Source: a virus
IMG/VR virus record: IMGVR_UViG_3300037423_001503
Reading direction: 5' to 3' (one strand)
DNA: 64,000 nucleotides
Under the pieces are notes generated by a model that saw only the letters and a program-made list of their open reading frames with translations, ran no database searches and was not told where the DNA came from. Within the stretch, counting starts at the first letter, position 1. Each line of letters opens with the position of its first letter. Made by a program: the position numbers and the translations under genes. This document shows, piece by piece, positions 43,657 to 53,480 of the stretch.

Positions 43657-44127
43657 TTGTCTGCCAACAACGGTGAACTCGTTCGCGAGTTCCACCGCTA
43701 TTTCGGACTGCCTGTGCGCGATGAGTTCACGGAGATCTCGTCCGACGAGATCGACTTCCGATTGAATCTGCTCACCGAGGAGTACCTCGAAGTGATGGAG
43801 GCCTTTGGTCGACCAGTGACAGTCGAGCGCGCGCCGTACGACACTGATCCAGACTTCGTTGAGGGTTACAAGGAACTCTCCGATCTCGAATACGTCCTGC
43901 ACGGCTTCGATATGCACCTCGGTCAAAAGCTCGACGAGGTCTTCGCTGAAACGCATCGCTCTAACATGAGCAAGCTCTGGAAGTGCGAGTGTGGTGTCGA
44001 GGACAGCACTTGTCAGCAGTGTAACGGAACAGGCGAGTATGTCAAGCGACGTGAGGACGGGAAGGTACTAAAGCCTCCGACGTATTCACGCGCTCATATC
44101 GCACCAATCCTCTCCAAGGAATCTTAG
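43657..44127 (+). CDS. MazG-like/PRA-PH-like NTP pyrophosphohydrolase with a Zn-finger insert
   Basis: VREFH, EE..E, KEL.DL.YV.G, HRSNMSK, CEC..CQQC, REDGKVLKP. Confidence 0.85.
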   Translation: MSANNGELVREFHRYFGLPVRDEFTEISSDEIDFRLNLLTEEYLEVMEAFGRPVTVERAPYDTDPDFVEGYKELSDLEYVLHGFDMHLGQKLDEVFAETHRSNMSKLWKCECGVEDSTCQQCNGTGEYVKRREDGKVLKPPTYSRAHIAPILSKES

Positions 44128-44574
44128 ATGGGACGAATCAAGAAGATCTTCATGCAGGGCGGCGACAACGAGGGCGAGGAGCGTGAACTCGACCTGGACG
44201 AGTTCTACACCTCTGCCTGGAACGCGGTACCTGAAGACCTCAAGGCCGAAGGCATCGCTGTCTTGCGCCGAGAGATCAAGGACCCAACGTTCTTTCACTC
44301 GATCAGCGAGGGCGTCCGCAAGTACGGCCTCCATGAATGGGACCGACACCCTCCGTTCTCTGTACCGGTCGACGTCGGTAACGGCGAGACCATCACGTAC
44401 CCGTGGCACATGAGCGGCGGTATGGGTATCCGCAATCTGCTCCGCCAGGGCGGCGTCACCGACGACCGGCTGCCCGACAACGCAACCGACTCCTACTACG
44501 GCGAGGGCACGAACGTCAAGAACCTCGACGACTACTACATCCAGTGGCTTGAGGCCGCCGTGGGGGCTCGATGA
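44128..44574 (+). CDS. Hypothetical protein
   Basis: AAGGA RBS; HMSGGMGIRNLLR...LDDYY. Confidence 0.75.
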   Translation: MGRIKKIFMQGGDNEGEERELDLDEFYTSAWNAVPEDLKAEGIAVLRREIKDPTFFHSISEGVRKYGLHEWDRHPPFSVPVDVGNGETITYPWHMSGGMGIRNLLRQGGVTDDRLPDNATDSYYGEGTNVKNLDDYYIQWLEAAVGAR

Positions 44575-45203
44575 GGAGAGAGGAAGCAGAGCGCCTGAAG
44601 GATCAACTCCTACGCGACATGCGCCGCCCAAGTGGCACACTACGCGTCGGCTTCCACGCCGGCCCCGGCACCGGCAAGTCGACTACATCTGCGCTCGTCT
44701 TCGGCGCGCTCAAGCAGCGCGGGCGCAACGTCGAGATGTCACACGAGTACGCGAAGGACTTGACGTGGGAGCAGCGCTCAGCAGCGCTCTCCTATCAGCC
44801 CTACATTGTGGCGAAGCAGATGTGGCGAGAGCGCCGACTAGATGGCCAGGTTGAGGCGATCCTCACCGACACCTCGACGCTGTACTCGTTCATCTACGGC
44901 ACAGAAGAGAACGGCGTTACGCCTGCGTTCAAGTCCTGGGTGCTAAGCGAGTACTTCAATGTGCCGCGGCTGGACTTCTTCCTGCTTCGCGACCACGAGC
45001 GCCCCTACAACGAGAAGGGGCGCAACCAGACTCGCGAAGAGGCCGAGGCTTTGGATAAGCCGTTGCGCGACGTGCTCATCGACAACGGCGTCGTCCACGA
45101 TCTAGTTGCCGTCGATGCGAAGGGCAACTCGCATATCGACTACATCGTCGGGCGCATCGAGACAGCGCTGGCGCTTCAACAGGAACCGACAGCGCATGCC
45201 TAA
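44571..45203 (+). CDS. P-loop NMP-kinase-like (NadR/AAA_28-type) ATPase
   Basis: GPGTGKST, EYAKD, TD, GRNQTREEA. Confidence 0.8.
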   Translation: MRREEAERLKDQLLRDMRRPSGTLRVGFHAGPGTGKSTTSALVFGALKQRGRNVEMSHEYAKDLTWEQRSAALSYQPYIVAKQMWRERRLDGQVEAILTDTSTLYSFIYGTEENGVTPAFKSWVLSEYFNVPRLDFFLLRDHERPYNEKGRNQTREEAEALDKPLRDVLIDNGVVHDLVAVDAKGNSHIDYIVGRIETALALQQEPTAHA

Positions 45204-47166
45204 GCTCTCGCACGGCGAGGACCAACTAGAACTCTCCCTGACCGGCGCAGAGGATTTCCAGGCCGCGCTGGCCGCGGTCAAGGCCATCCCGGGCCGCCGC
45301 TTTGACGGCGACCGCAAGCTGTGGTGCTTCCCTGAGGATCCGGCGATTGCTGAGCGCCTCATGGTGACGGTGAAGCCAGAGCTTTCGCCTGACCTCTTGG
45401 GCTGGATCAAGGCGTCCAAGAAGAACAGCCAGAAGGAACTCGTCACCCCACTGCCCGACGATGCCGATCTCATCGTCCCCTGGGCGAAGCAGCGCGTGCA
45501 CTGGCAGCCCGAGTTCGTCGGCCCGAAGTCCGATCCTGTCGAGTTCAAGGGTCTCTACGCCTTCCAGCGCGCCTTCGCCGACTTCGCGGCCGGTAAGACC
45601 GGCAACGACGCCGCGCTCCTGTTGGCTGACGACATGGGGCTAGGCAAGTGCGGCCAGTCATCGTCGGCGATCGTCGAGTGGATGATGCGCAGCGCTGGAC
45701 TCTACGACATGCTCGCCAACAACCCCAACGGCGTTCCCGTCGAAGGCCTCTCATGCGCGGCGGATATGTTGAAGTGGGCCGCGGTCGAGGACGGACCGAA
45801 GCTCATCATCTCGCCGGCCTCGGTGAAGGGAACCTGGGGCCGCGAGCTTCGCATGTGGCTCGGTCAGGCTGAGCCCATTTTCGTCATCGACGGCGCGGCG
45901 ACGCCAAAGCGCCGCAACGCGCAGCTTCTCGACGCCATCAACAACTCCGGTTGGGCGGTCATCAACTGGGAACAGCTTCGAGTCAAGCGTGAGATCCGTA
46001 AGGTCCGCACTCGCATGATGCACGCCATCACGGGCGAGTTCTTGGGCTGGAAGGAAAAGGACAAGGAGGTCACGGTTCTCCGTGAGCCGCTGTTTGAGGA
46101 GACTCCTTGGGTAGCGGCCGTCGCCGACGAGGCGCACCGGGCGAAGAACCGTAAGGCGCTTACAACGCAGGGACTGTGGCGTGTCAGCGCTGGCTTCAAG
46201 ATGGCCTTGACGGGAACTCCGCTGATGAATTCGCCGGACGAGTTGTGGTCGATCCTGCGCTGGCTGTATCCGGAGGAGTACACCTCGTACTGGCGATTCT
46301 TCGATCAGTACGTTGACTTCTACGAGGGCCAGTACGGGAAGATCATCACTGGCGTCAAGAACGCCGACGCGTTGCGGTTCGAGCTTTCGACTCGCTTGGT
46401 CCGCCGCACCAAGGATGAGGTGCTGGATCAGCTTCCCGAGAAGACGCGTGAGTTCGTTCCGATCACGCTCAATAAGAAGCAGCGCAAGCTCTACGACGAG
46501 GCCGAGAAGCAGCTTTGGTTTGAGGTCGAGCAGGCAATCAAGGACGGTGATCGATCTGCGCTGAAGTTCGCTAAGGAGGTCTCAGCGAACCCGGCCGCCG
46601 TCTATACGGTTCCGAATGGTGCGGCGCGTATCGTGCGGCTGCGCCAGATTGCTTCCACGCCGGCCCTGTTGGGCGGCGAGGATGACTCGGCCAAGCTCGA
46701 CGCTGCTGTCGAGACCATCACCGACAACATCGGCTCGCAGTTCGTGGTATTCTCAGAGTTCGTCGATACCTGCCACATCCTTGTCGAGCGTCTACGTCGG
46801 CTGGGTGTCTCAGCAGAGGCCTTTACTGGTCAGTCTGATTCCGAGGATCGAACTCGGATGGAGAACGACTTCCAGGCGGGCGAGATCGACGTCCTCGTCG
46901 GAACGATCGGCGCGATGAAGGAGGGCATTACCCTCACCGCGGCCAGCAACATGATCTTCCTTGAGCGTCATTGGACGCCGGCTGTGAACGAACAGTGCGA
47001 GGATCGTTGCCACCGTAACGGCCAGAAGAATGCCGTGACGATCCTGATCTTCGAGGCCGAGGACACGGTCGATGCTCAGAAGATCTCACCAACAAACGCA
47101 ATCAAGTCGCTCATCGTTTCCTCGGTCATCGCCAAGGACGACGTCGCAGAGCGGAGGAGGAAGTAA
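45196..47166 (+). CDS. SNF2-family helicase with N-terminal HARP-like domain
   Basis: VKAIPGRRFD...W; ADDMGLGK, DEAH, LTGTP..N, QCEDRCHRNGQ. Confidence 0.9.
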   Translation: MPKLSHGEDQLELSLTGAEDFQAALAAVKAIPGRRFDGDRKLWCFPEDPAIAERLMVTVKPELSPDLLGWIKASKKNSQKELVTPLPDDADLIVPWAKQRVHWQPEFVGPKSDPVEFKGLYAFQRAFADFAAGKTGNDAALLLADDMGLGKCGQSSSAIVEWMMRSAGLYDMLANNPNGVPVEGLSCAADMLKWAAVEDGPKLIISPASVKGTWGRELRMWLGQAEPIFVIDGAATPKRRNAQLLDAINNSGWAVINWEQLRVKREIRKVRTRMMHAITGEFLGWKEKDKEVTVLREPLFEETPWVAAVADEAHRAKNRKALTTQGLWRVSAGFKMALTGTPLMNSPDELWSILRWLYPEEYTSYWRFFDQYVDFYEGQYGKIITGVKNADALRFELSTRLVRRTKDEVLDQLPEKTREFVPITLNKKQRKLYDEAEKQLWFEVEQAIKDGDRSALKFAKEVSANPAAVYTVPNGAARIVRLRQIASTPALLGGEDDSAKLDAAVETITDNIGSQFVVFSEFVDTCHILVERLRRLGVSAEAFTGQSDSEDRTRMENDFQAGEIDVLVGTIGAMKEGITLTAASNMIFLERHWTPAVNEQCEDRCHRNGQKNAVTILIFEAEDTVDAQKISPTNAIKSLIVSSVIAKDDVAERRRK

Positions 47167-47405
47167 TGTCGTTCTTTGACGACGAAGATCACGACGAGGG
47201 CCTTGACGAGCCAGCGCCGGGAACTGGCGCAGCGTGGGCGGCTGCACTCTTCATGATGACGAACCTTGCGCTAAGCCTATTGGGTGGGCTCGTCTTCTCA
47301 GTGACCGTAAACGCACTACCGACGGGACTTGACCATGTGTCGTTCCGCCAGGCCACCGCGGCGGCGATTTTCCTGCGGATGGCCGCAATCGTCGTTCGGG
47401 CATAG
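47166..47405 (+). CDS. Small membrane protein
   Basis: Two hydrophobic segments. Confidence 0.65.
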   Translation: MSFFDDEDHDEGLDEPAPGTGAAWAAALFMMTNLALSLLGGLVFSVTVNALPTGLDHVSFRQATAAAIFLRMAAIVVRA

Positions 47406-47413
47406 GAGTATGG

Positions 47414-47833
47414 ATGTCTGACCTATCAGCACTAGAGAGCAAGTTTCGCCGACTCGCAGAGCTTCGCGAGCAGCGCGACATCGATAAGAAGACCGCCGAG
47501 AACTCCGAGTCCGAGTATCGAACCTACGAGGCTGAGTTGTTTGAGGCGATCGAAGAGTCTGCCCTCAGGGGGACGGTTGAATTCGATTTCGGCGGCGACC
47601 TCGGAAAGATTCGCTTCCAGCCGCGCCGCACAATCTACGGACGAGTCATCGATAAGGCAGCGGCGTTGGAGGCCTTCGAGGCCGACGCCATCGCCGAGGA
47701 GATGACGTCACCGAAGATCGAAGCCAGACGGCTCAACGAATACGTTCGTGATCGCATCGAGAACGGCCAGAATCTGCCTGACGGTGTCGACTACTACGAA
47801 CGCCGATTCTTCACAATCTCGCGAAAGGGATAA
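47414..47833 (+). CDS. Conserved replication-module protein (Gp157/Gam-like coiled coil)
   Basis: Coiled N-terminus; C-terminal G..LPDGV; located upstream of the SSB-like gene. Confidence 0.55.
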   Translation: MSDLSALESKFRRLAELREQRDIDKKTAENSESEYRTYEAELFEAIEESALRGTVEFDFGGDLGKIRFQPRRTIYGRVIDKAAALEAFEADAIAEEMTSPKIEARRLNEYVRDRIENGQNLPDGVDYYERRFFTISRKG

Positions 47834-47890
47834 GTACCACTTCACAGGCATATGACGCGCACATCGTCAGCATTTGACAGCCCTTTCTGA

Positions 47891-47903
47891 TACACTTCAT
47901 CTA
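47891..47903 (+). promoter_or_regulatory. Extended -10 element TACACTTCATCTA (also at 59706)
   Basis: Identical 13-mer in two intergenic gaps. Confidence 0.5.
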
Positions 47904-47932
47904 CTAACCCAACGAGGAGTTTTTACAACCGC

Positions 47933-48724
47933 ATGGCAACAAAGTCGCAGGAACTAGAGGTAATCGAGGAGTCCGCGGAGCTAGACGTGATCTCCGATGA
48001 TGAAGCGGCACTCATCGCGGCCAACCAGGCCGACGTCGATGCCTCTGAGTTCGTCATCCCGATCGTCAAGCTCGCGCAGCCGCTGACCGACGAGGTCACC
48101 TCTGGTAACGCCAAGGCCGGCGAGTTCATCCTCGGCCTTACCGGTGAGTCGTTCGCAGCGCCGGTCGAGTTCGTCGTCGCCGGCAAGGGCAAGGGCCGGT
48201 TCAAGCCGGGCCGAGACGGTGAGCGCACGCTCGTCGCCTACGACACCCCAACCGTGCCTTGGAAGGATGACCCCTTCTACGGACAGCCGTTCACTGAGCA
48301 CCCCGACGCCGAGGAGAAGTTCAAGGCTCGCGTCGACGCCGGTGAGATCGAGTGGGGTCACGGCCCGACGATCCAGACGACGTTCAACTACACCGGCTAC
48401 ATCGTCGGCTCTGACGTACCTGTGCGTCTCAGCCTCCGCCGCACCTCTGCTCCGGCAGCGCGTAAGTGGAACACGCTCCTCGACGCGGTCCTCCGTGGCC
48501 GTTACTGGGATCAGGTCTTCACGGTCGGCTCTGAGCAGCAGAAGAACAACAAGGGCGCGTACTACGTCGTGACGGTTCAGCCGTCGCGCAAGACCTCGCC
48601 CGAGGAGAAGAAGGCCGCCATTCAGTTGGCGACCGCGCTGCGCAACCAGTCCGTCACCACGGTTGGCGAGACCGACGACGCACCTACGTCCGCGCCGGAC
48701 GCTAACGGCGGCATCGAGCTTTAG
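47933..48724 (+). CDS. Putative single-stranded DNA-binding/annealing protein
   Basis: IP.VKLAQ......G.AK.GEF; aromatic beta-strands; acidic tail; position in the replication module. Confidence 0.65.
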   Translation: MATKSQELEVIEESAELDVISDDEAALIAANQADVDASEFVIPIVKLAQPLTDEVTSGNAKAGEFILGLTGESFAAPVEFVVAGKGKGRFKPGRDGERTLVAYDTPTVPWKDDPFYGQPFTEHPDAEEKFKARVDAGEIEWGHGPTIQTTFNYTGYIVGSDVPVRLSLRRTSAPAARKWNTLLDAVLRGRYWDQVFTVGSEQQKNNKGAYYVVTVQPSRKTSPEEKKAAIQLATALRNQSVTTVGETDDAPTSAPDANGGIEL

Positions 48725-48752
48725 CTCGAACACAGCACCCCACGCTGTCCTC

Positions 48753-48793
48753 CCGCGACCCGGACCGAGCCAAGCGCTCGGCCGGGATCGCGG
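48753..48793 (+). terminator. Long imperfect hairpin after the SSB-like gene
   Basis: CCGCGACCCGGACCGAGC/GCTCGGCCGGGATCGCGG. Confidence 0.55.
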
Positions 48794-48831
48794 CAAGTCT
48801 TTGAAGTACCTCCAAGAGAGGAGGATCATTG

Positions 48832-49797
48832 ATGCCTGAAGCCAATCCATTCGTCGGCCGGTTCATGAAGCTCTTCGACGGCCTCGACGACGCCTACGGC
48901 ACAGGCCGCGGCCAGTGGGTTCGCGAACAGCCTAAGCGGGCGCAGTTCTCAGAACATCTCGCCGGCCGCGGACCAGGCCTAGGAATCGGTCCGCTGCGTC
49001 GCGACGGCACGGTTGTCTTCGCCGCCGTCGATCTCGACGAGCCCGACTTCGACACCGCCCAGGCCATCGCAGCGCTGCTTCCAGGAACGCAGTTCATCGA
49101 ACGTAGCCGTTCCGGCAATGCGCACATCTTCACGTTCTTCTCGGCACCGATCGAGGGCTGGATCGCAAGAGGGTTGATGCGCGAGGCCTGCGCCGCGCTC
49201 AAGAAGAAGTTTGTTGAGGTGTTTCCGAAGCAGGATCGCCTCCGCGACGACATGCTTGGCAACTACCTCAACTTGCCCTATTACGGTAACGACCGGCCGG
49301 TAGTTGGTGTCTCAGTCGGCACTGGCGGTCATCTCGATCTTGACCATCCGTTGACGCTAGACGAGTTCATTGAACGCGCAGAGGGGACACTCAACGACCC
49401 TCAGGATTGGGTCAAGCGCGCTCGTTGGCTGGGCGTTCCATCACCTGAGGAGCGCGCCTCTGAGGGGCGCGAGTTCGGCACCTCACAGACGCTCCACATG
49501 TGCTGTGAGTATGTGATCGCCAACCGCGACGAGAACCCCATCGTCGATGGCCATCGAGCGGTTGTCTACTTCGCGCTGGCTAAGCAACTCGCTAACTGTG
49601 AGTTGTACTCAGAGGACGAGGCTGTTGACCTGTTGGTGTTGATCAACGATTCGTCACCTGATCCGGTCTCAGAATCTGAGCTTCGACACATGTATCGCAA
49701 CGCCGTGCGGGGCCAATATACGTCGACCGGCTGCGATGATCCTCTCTTCCAGCCTTACGCACATCCAGAATGCCCCATCTCAAATGGAGGAAAGTAA
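48832..49797 (+). CDS. Archaeo-eukaryotic primase (AEP) with a Cys-rich C-terminal domain
   Basis: DLD, ERSRSGNAH, EVFPKQ, GNYLNLPY; C-terminal C...GC...CP. Confidence 0.8.
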   Translation: MPEANPFVGRFMKLFDGLDDAYGTGRGQWVREQPKRAQFSEHLAGRGPGLGIGPLRRDGTVVFAAVDLDEPDFDTAQAIAALLPGTQFIERSRSGNAHIFTFFSAPIEGWIARGLMREACAALKKKFVEVFPKQDRLRDDMLGNYLNLPYYGNDRPVVGVSVGTGGHLDLDHPLTLDEFIERAEGTLNDPQDWVKRARWLGVPSPEERASEGREFGTSQTLHMCCEYVIANRDENPIVDGHRAVVYFALAKQLANCELYSEDEAVDLLVLINDSSPDPVSESELRHMYRNAVRGQYTSTGCDDPLFQPYAHPECPISNGGK

Positions 49798-50367
49798 ATG
49801 GGCTGCTCAGCCACAGCAAAGCTTCTCTTCGGTGTGCCGCTCGACCACGAGCAGCACCCGTTCGCTCGTTATAACGATGACTACGAGACGGTCGACAATC
49901 TAGGTAATCCTCTCACTGAGGAGGAGTACGATGCGCTCACCGACGATACCGATCTAGGTGAGTACCTGGCGACGCTCGCCGGCCACAAGAATCCGTGGAA
50001 GACATACCCGCCGTACCTGGAGCGCGACGAATACGGCCCGTACGATGAGTTCAAGACGTGGCTTGCGACGACTCCTGAGGGCAAGGAGCTTGACCGACTA
50101 ACCGATGCGTGGCGCGACCTAAGGCACCAGCTTGAGAACGCAGCGCCTGTTGAGATCGTCTACGCAGGCGACCTTCAGTACGGCAGCGCGCAGTATGTGA
50201 TTGCGCTGAAGGGTTATGAGAACAGCGTCGATTGGGGCGCTGAGAAGATCGACCTACCTGAGCGGCCGTCACAGGAAGAGATCGACACAGCGGTCGAGTT
50301 CTGTCGCGCAAACGCGCTGCCTGACTTCTTGGACGCCGGCTGGGTTCTGGCCGCACAGTACGGCTGA
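49798..50367 (+). CDS. Hypothetical protein
   Basis: GGAGG RBS. Confidence 0.75.
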   Translation: MGCSATAKLLFGVPLDHEQHPFARYNDDYETVDNLGNPLTEEEYDALTDDTDLGEYLATLAGHKNPWKTYPPYLERDEYGPYDEFKTWLATTPEGKELDRLTDAWRDLRHQLENAAPVEIVYAGDLQYGSAQYVIALKGYENSVDWGAEKIDLPERPSQEEIDTAVEFCRANALPDFLDAGWVLAAQYG

Positions 50368-50720
50368 TGGACTTCAACCCCAACAACCTCAACGCGCCTG
50401 AGGCTCCGATCTGGGCGACCTATGTTCCTGAGCGGCGGCCGAAGTTCAAGAGCCACACACAGAGAAGCCACGCGCTGGGCGCGTTTCAGTACCGGCGCAA
50501 CGTCATCCTCTACAAGTTCATCGACTCTGAGTGGGTCGAGGTCTACCGCATCGAAAATGGCCATGACGATGTCATGTCCTGCGACCGATGTGGAGGACAA
50601 CCAGAGTACGGGTACTGGCGCTCTGTGTGGGAACGCGGAGAAGACGGAAAGATCAAGGAACCACTTAGACGGCTAGCGCTTTGCAGTTGGGACTGCCAGC
50701 GCGCCGAGGAAGGTAAGTAG
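50367..50720 (+). CDS. Hypothetical protein with Zn finger
   Basis: CDRC...CSWDC. Confidence 0.7.
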   Translation: MDFNPNNLNAPEAPIWATYVPERRPKFKSHTQRSHALGAFQYRRNVILYKFIDSEWVEVYRIENGHDDVMSCDRCGGQPEYGYWRSVWERGEDGKIKEPLRRLALCSWDCQRAEEGK

Positions 50721-51904
50721 TGACGGACGTAAGGCTGACCGAGTTCGCACAGCTTCTCGCCACAGCCGACGAAGACGCCCGCGACGCGCTGATCTCGCGC
50801 GTCAAGTTGATGGCTATGCAGGCGGCGGCCCCAGAGGCATTCGAGCCGCCGATCACGCCGCTCGGCGAATATCTTGAGCGCGACATCCCGGTTCCGCCAA
50901 TTCTGGTTGAGCCGTGTCTGCTCGTCCGCGGCGGCATCATGTGCACCGTCGGTCGTGCCGGCAAGGGCAAGACGCAGGTCAACTTGAACCGCATCCTCAA
51001 GTGGGCTGCCGGGATGCCGTTGTTCCCCGACGTGAAGACCCCAAATGGGGTTCCGGTGCTCGCCCCGACGCAGCCGCTGAAGACCCTGATCATTGAGAAT
51101 GAGGGCGCTGCGGGCATGTTCCACAAGCAGATCAAGACCATGATGTACGCGGACGGCTACCTGACGCCGCCGCAGCGCGAGTTGGTGAAGGAGAACGTCC
51201 TCATCTGGGGCGACGGCGGCTACTCGGGGCTGAAGCTCGACGACCCCAACGCCCTCAACAGCGTCCGCGCCGGCTGCGAGAAGTGGGAACCGGACGTCGT
51301 CTTCATCGAGCCCTTCCGAGGGCTTTGGTCTGGTGATGAGAACTCATCAACCGACATGGCCACCGTGGCCGACGCCTTGTCTGGGATCGCGGCCGACTTC
51401 AACTGCGGCGTCATCCTGACGCACCACGAGAAGAAGGGTGGCGCAGGAAACGACGACGACAAGATGTCTGCGGCGCGAGGGTCGACGGTGCTCGAAGGTG
51501 TCGTCGCGACGATGGAGAACTTCGAGATCGCCAAGGGCGGCGATTACCGTGAGGTCTCCTACTCGAAGATCCGCTACAGCGGCGGCGAGAAGATCCTCCC
51601 AATCCGCATGGAGTGGCAGCACAAGGACTGGTGGTACCGGCACGTTCCGCTCGACGCAATCGAGCAGGCCGTTCTCGATGTCCTCGCCGAAAACGAGGAC
51701 CCGATGACGATCGGTGAGCTTGTCGCCGAGACCGATGAGAAGGAGCACAAGATCCGTAACATCATGAAGGCGTTGGTAGACCAAGGCAAGGTCAAGGCCA
51801 TGCCGAGCATCCAGCTAGGCGGCAACGGAACGACGGGCAAGCGGTATCGACTCGCAGTGCCGACCGGCGACGACACCGGCGCTGGCGCAGGAATGAGTTT
51901 CTGA
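50720..51904 (+). CDS. RepA/AAA_25-type replicative helicase with C-terminal wHTH
   Basis: GRAGKGKT, ENE, VVFIEP, THHEKK, ARGS. Confidence 0.85.
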   Translation: MTDVRLTEFAQLLATADEDARDALISRVKLMAMQAAAPEAFEPPITPLGEYLERDIPVPPILVEPCLLVRGGIMCTVGRAGKGKTQVNLNRILKWAAGMPLFPDVKTPNGVPVLAPTQPLKTLIIENEGAAGMFHKQIKTMMYADGYLTPPQRELVKENVLIWGDGGYSGLKLDDPNALNSVRAGCEKWEPDVVFIEPFRGLWSGDENSSTDMATVADALSGIAADFNCGVILTHHEKKGGAGNDDDKMSAARGSTVLEGVVATMENFEIAKGGDYREVSYSKIRYSGGEKILPIRMEWQHKDWWYRHVPLDAIEQAVLDVLAENEDPMTIGELVAETDEKEHKIRNIMKALVDQGKVKAMPSIQLGGNGTTGKRYRLAVPTGDDTGAGAGMSF

Positions 51905-52089
51905 TGTTTGAGGCACGTGATGTGTACGAGCTTCAGCGCGATCTCGACCGCGAGATCATGGGCCACACGACGCTTCCGAGTTGGGACGAGTTGTCCTGGT
52001 CGGAGCAGGATGCGTGGCAGGTCAAGGCCGACGAGGTCAATGATAAGAACATGGAGGTCTCTCTGTGGGCAGCACTGACGGACGAGTAG
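51904..52089 (+). CDS. Hypothetical protein
   Basis: TGATG coupling. Confidence 0.65.
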   Translation: MFEARDVYELQRDLDREIMGHTTLPSWDELSWSEQDAWQVKADEVNDKNMEVSLWAALTDE

Positions 52090-52535
52090 GCGGAGCGGAC
52101 ACGGCGGCTGAGTACTTCTACTTGGCCGGTCCGATGACCAACATCCCGGCGTTCAACTTCCCTGAGTTTCACCGCGTCGCAGGGATCCTACGCGCTCAGG
52201 GATACAACTTGGTCAACCCGGCCGAGCTTGACGAGGAGATCGAGCGCAAGGAGGCAGAGGCGTCACCCGACGGTAAGCACCGAGGCCTCAAGCACGTCAA
52301 GACCTGGGCTGATTGTCTACGCCGCGATATTGAGATCGTTGCCGACAACAACTGCGTTGGAGTGATCGTCATGGACGGCTGGGAGAACTCTCAGGGAGCG
52401 CAGTTCGAGACCTACGTGGCCTACAAGCTGCGTATGCCGATCTATCGCTTCCTGGAAACAGCGCGGGACGAGTTCACGCTCGTTGAGATTCAACGCGGTC
52501 CGTCGCTAGCAGCGGCTGGTGTCGTCGATGGCTGA
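52065..52535 (+). CDS. DUF4406 / nucleoside 2-deoxyribosyltransferase-like protein
   Basis: YLAGPMT....N...F, NPAE, GWENSQGAQFE. Confidence 0.85.
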   Translation: MGSTDGRVGGADTAAEYFYLAGPMTNIPAFNFPEFHRVAGILRAQGYNLVNPAELDEEIERKEAEASPDGKHRGLKHVKTWADCLRRDIEIVADNNCVGVIVMDGWENSQGAQFETYVAYKLRMPIYRFLETARDEFTLVEIQRGPSLAAAGVVDG

Positions 52536-52953
52536 AATCATCGTCGTCCACGCCGACGACTACACGGACTATTTGGATGCGTCGACTGATGAGGCATGGG
52601 CGCGCAATGCGTACGGGCTACTGAAGGAGCGCTTCCAGAGCGGCTACTTCTACCACGACCCAGGCGATGAGCCTATCTACGACGGCATGTCGGTGGCTGA
52701 GATTGGAGAGATCACCGACCCTGAGATCAAGAAGATAGCGACGACTAAGTACAACCGCTGGGTCAGGGCCAAGCGTGAATGGCAGGACGAGAAGGCAACC
52801 TATGACGCAGTCGCCGAAGAGGTCGCGAACGGACCGACATGGCGTGAGTACAAGTCAGGCCGTCGCGAGCCCACGGCGTGGGGACTTCTCGACGCCCGAT
52901 CAGACTACGAGTACGAGAGGGTCGAGTTGATGACAGTGAGGAACTATGACTGA
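52528..52953 (+). CDS. Hypothetical protein
   Basis: RSDYEYE signature. Confidence 0.7.
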   Translation: MAEIIVVHADDYTDYLDASTDEAWARNAYGLLKERFQSGYFYHDPGDEPIYDGMSVAEIGEITDPEIKKIATTKYNRWVRAKREWQDEKATYDAVAEEVANGPTWREYKSGRREPTAWGLLDARSDYEYERVELMTVRNYD

Positions 52954-53248
52954 CCGACCGGAAGAGATCGTCTCTGTCTACGACGACGTCAGCGGCGACT
53001 GGGAGGGACTGTACTTTGACGGCCGCCTCGTCTCACAGAACCACAGCATCGATGCGGGCGAGGTGCTCTCACTGATCGGCTATGACGTCACGTATGTGCC
53101 GGCCTCGGCCGATGAAACCGGAGGTCGATTTCCTGATAGACTTGAGGACGTCGTAACGACGAAGGAACTACACCGTCGCTCACTCCTCGCCGAAGCAGCA
53201 GAGCTTCGCGCCAAGGCTGACGCATTGGAGGCCTCGATTGAGCACTGA
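52946..53248 (+). CDS. Hypothetical protein
   Basis: GDWEGLY.DG.LV.QNH. Confidence 0.75.
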   Translation: MTDRPEEIVSVYDDVSGDWEGLYFDGRLVSQNHSIDAGEVLSLIGYDVTYVPASADETGGRFPDRLEDVVTTKELHRRSLLAEAAELRAKADALEASIEH

Positions 53249-53480
53249 GGTGAAGGACTTCCGTCTCTACCTGCACCGCAGCAAGGAGACCAACTACGAC
53301 GCCTGGCAGTACGACCTCGGCTGGTCAACCGAAGACCCAGGCTTCGAGAAATTCAAGTACTGCGGATACGAAGTCGAACTGATCACTCAGATCGACAGAG
53401 AGACCGGCCGCTGCTTCGCAATTGGGATCATGGACCGCGGCGAACTTGTCGATTTTGAACGAGGAGTAGAACTCACTTGA
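53238..53480 (+). CDS. Hypothetical protein
   Basis: GGAGG RBS, TTG start. Confidence 0.7.
   Translation: MSTEVKDFRLYLHRSKETNYDAWQYDLGWSTEDPGFEKFKYCGYEVELITQIDRETGRCFAIGIMDRGELVDFERGVELT

Noticed and set aside
45625-45790. Intein at the helicase Walker A (GLGK-C)
   Set aside because: The Cys simply replaces the usual Thr. The following insert is short, lacks a His-Asn terminus and intein blocks, and the helicase motifs continue normally.
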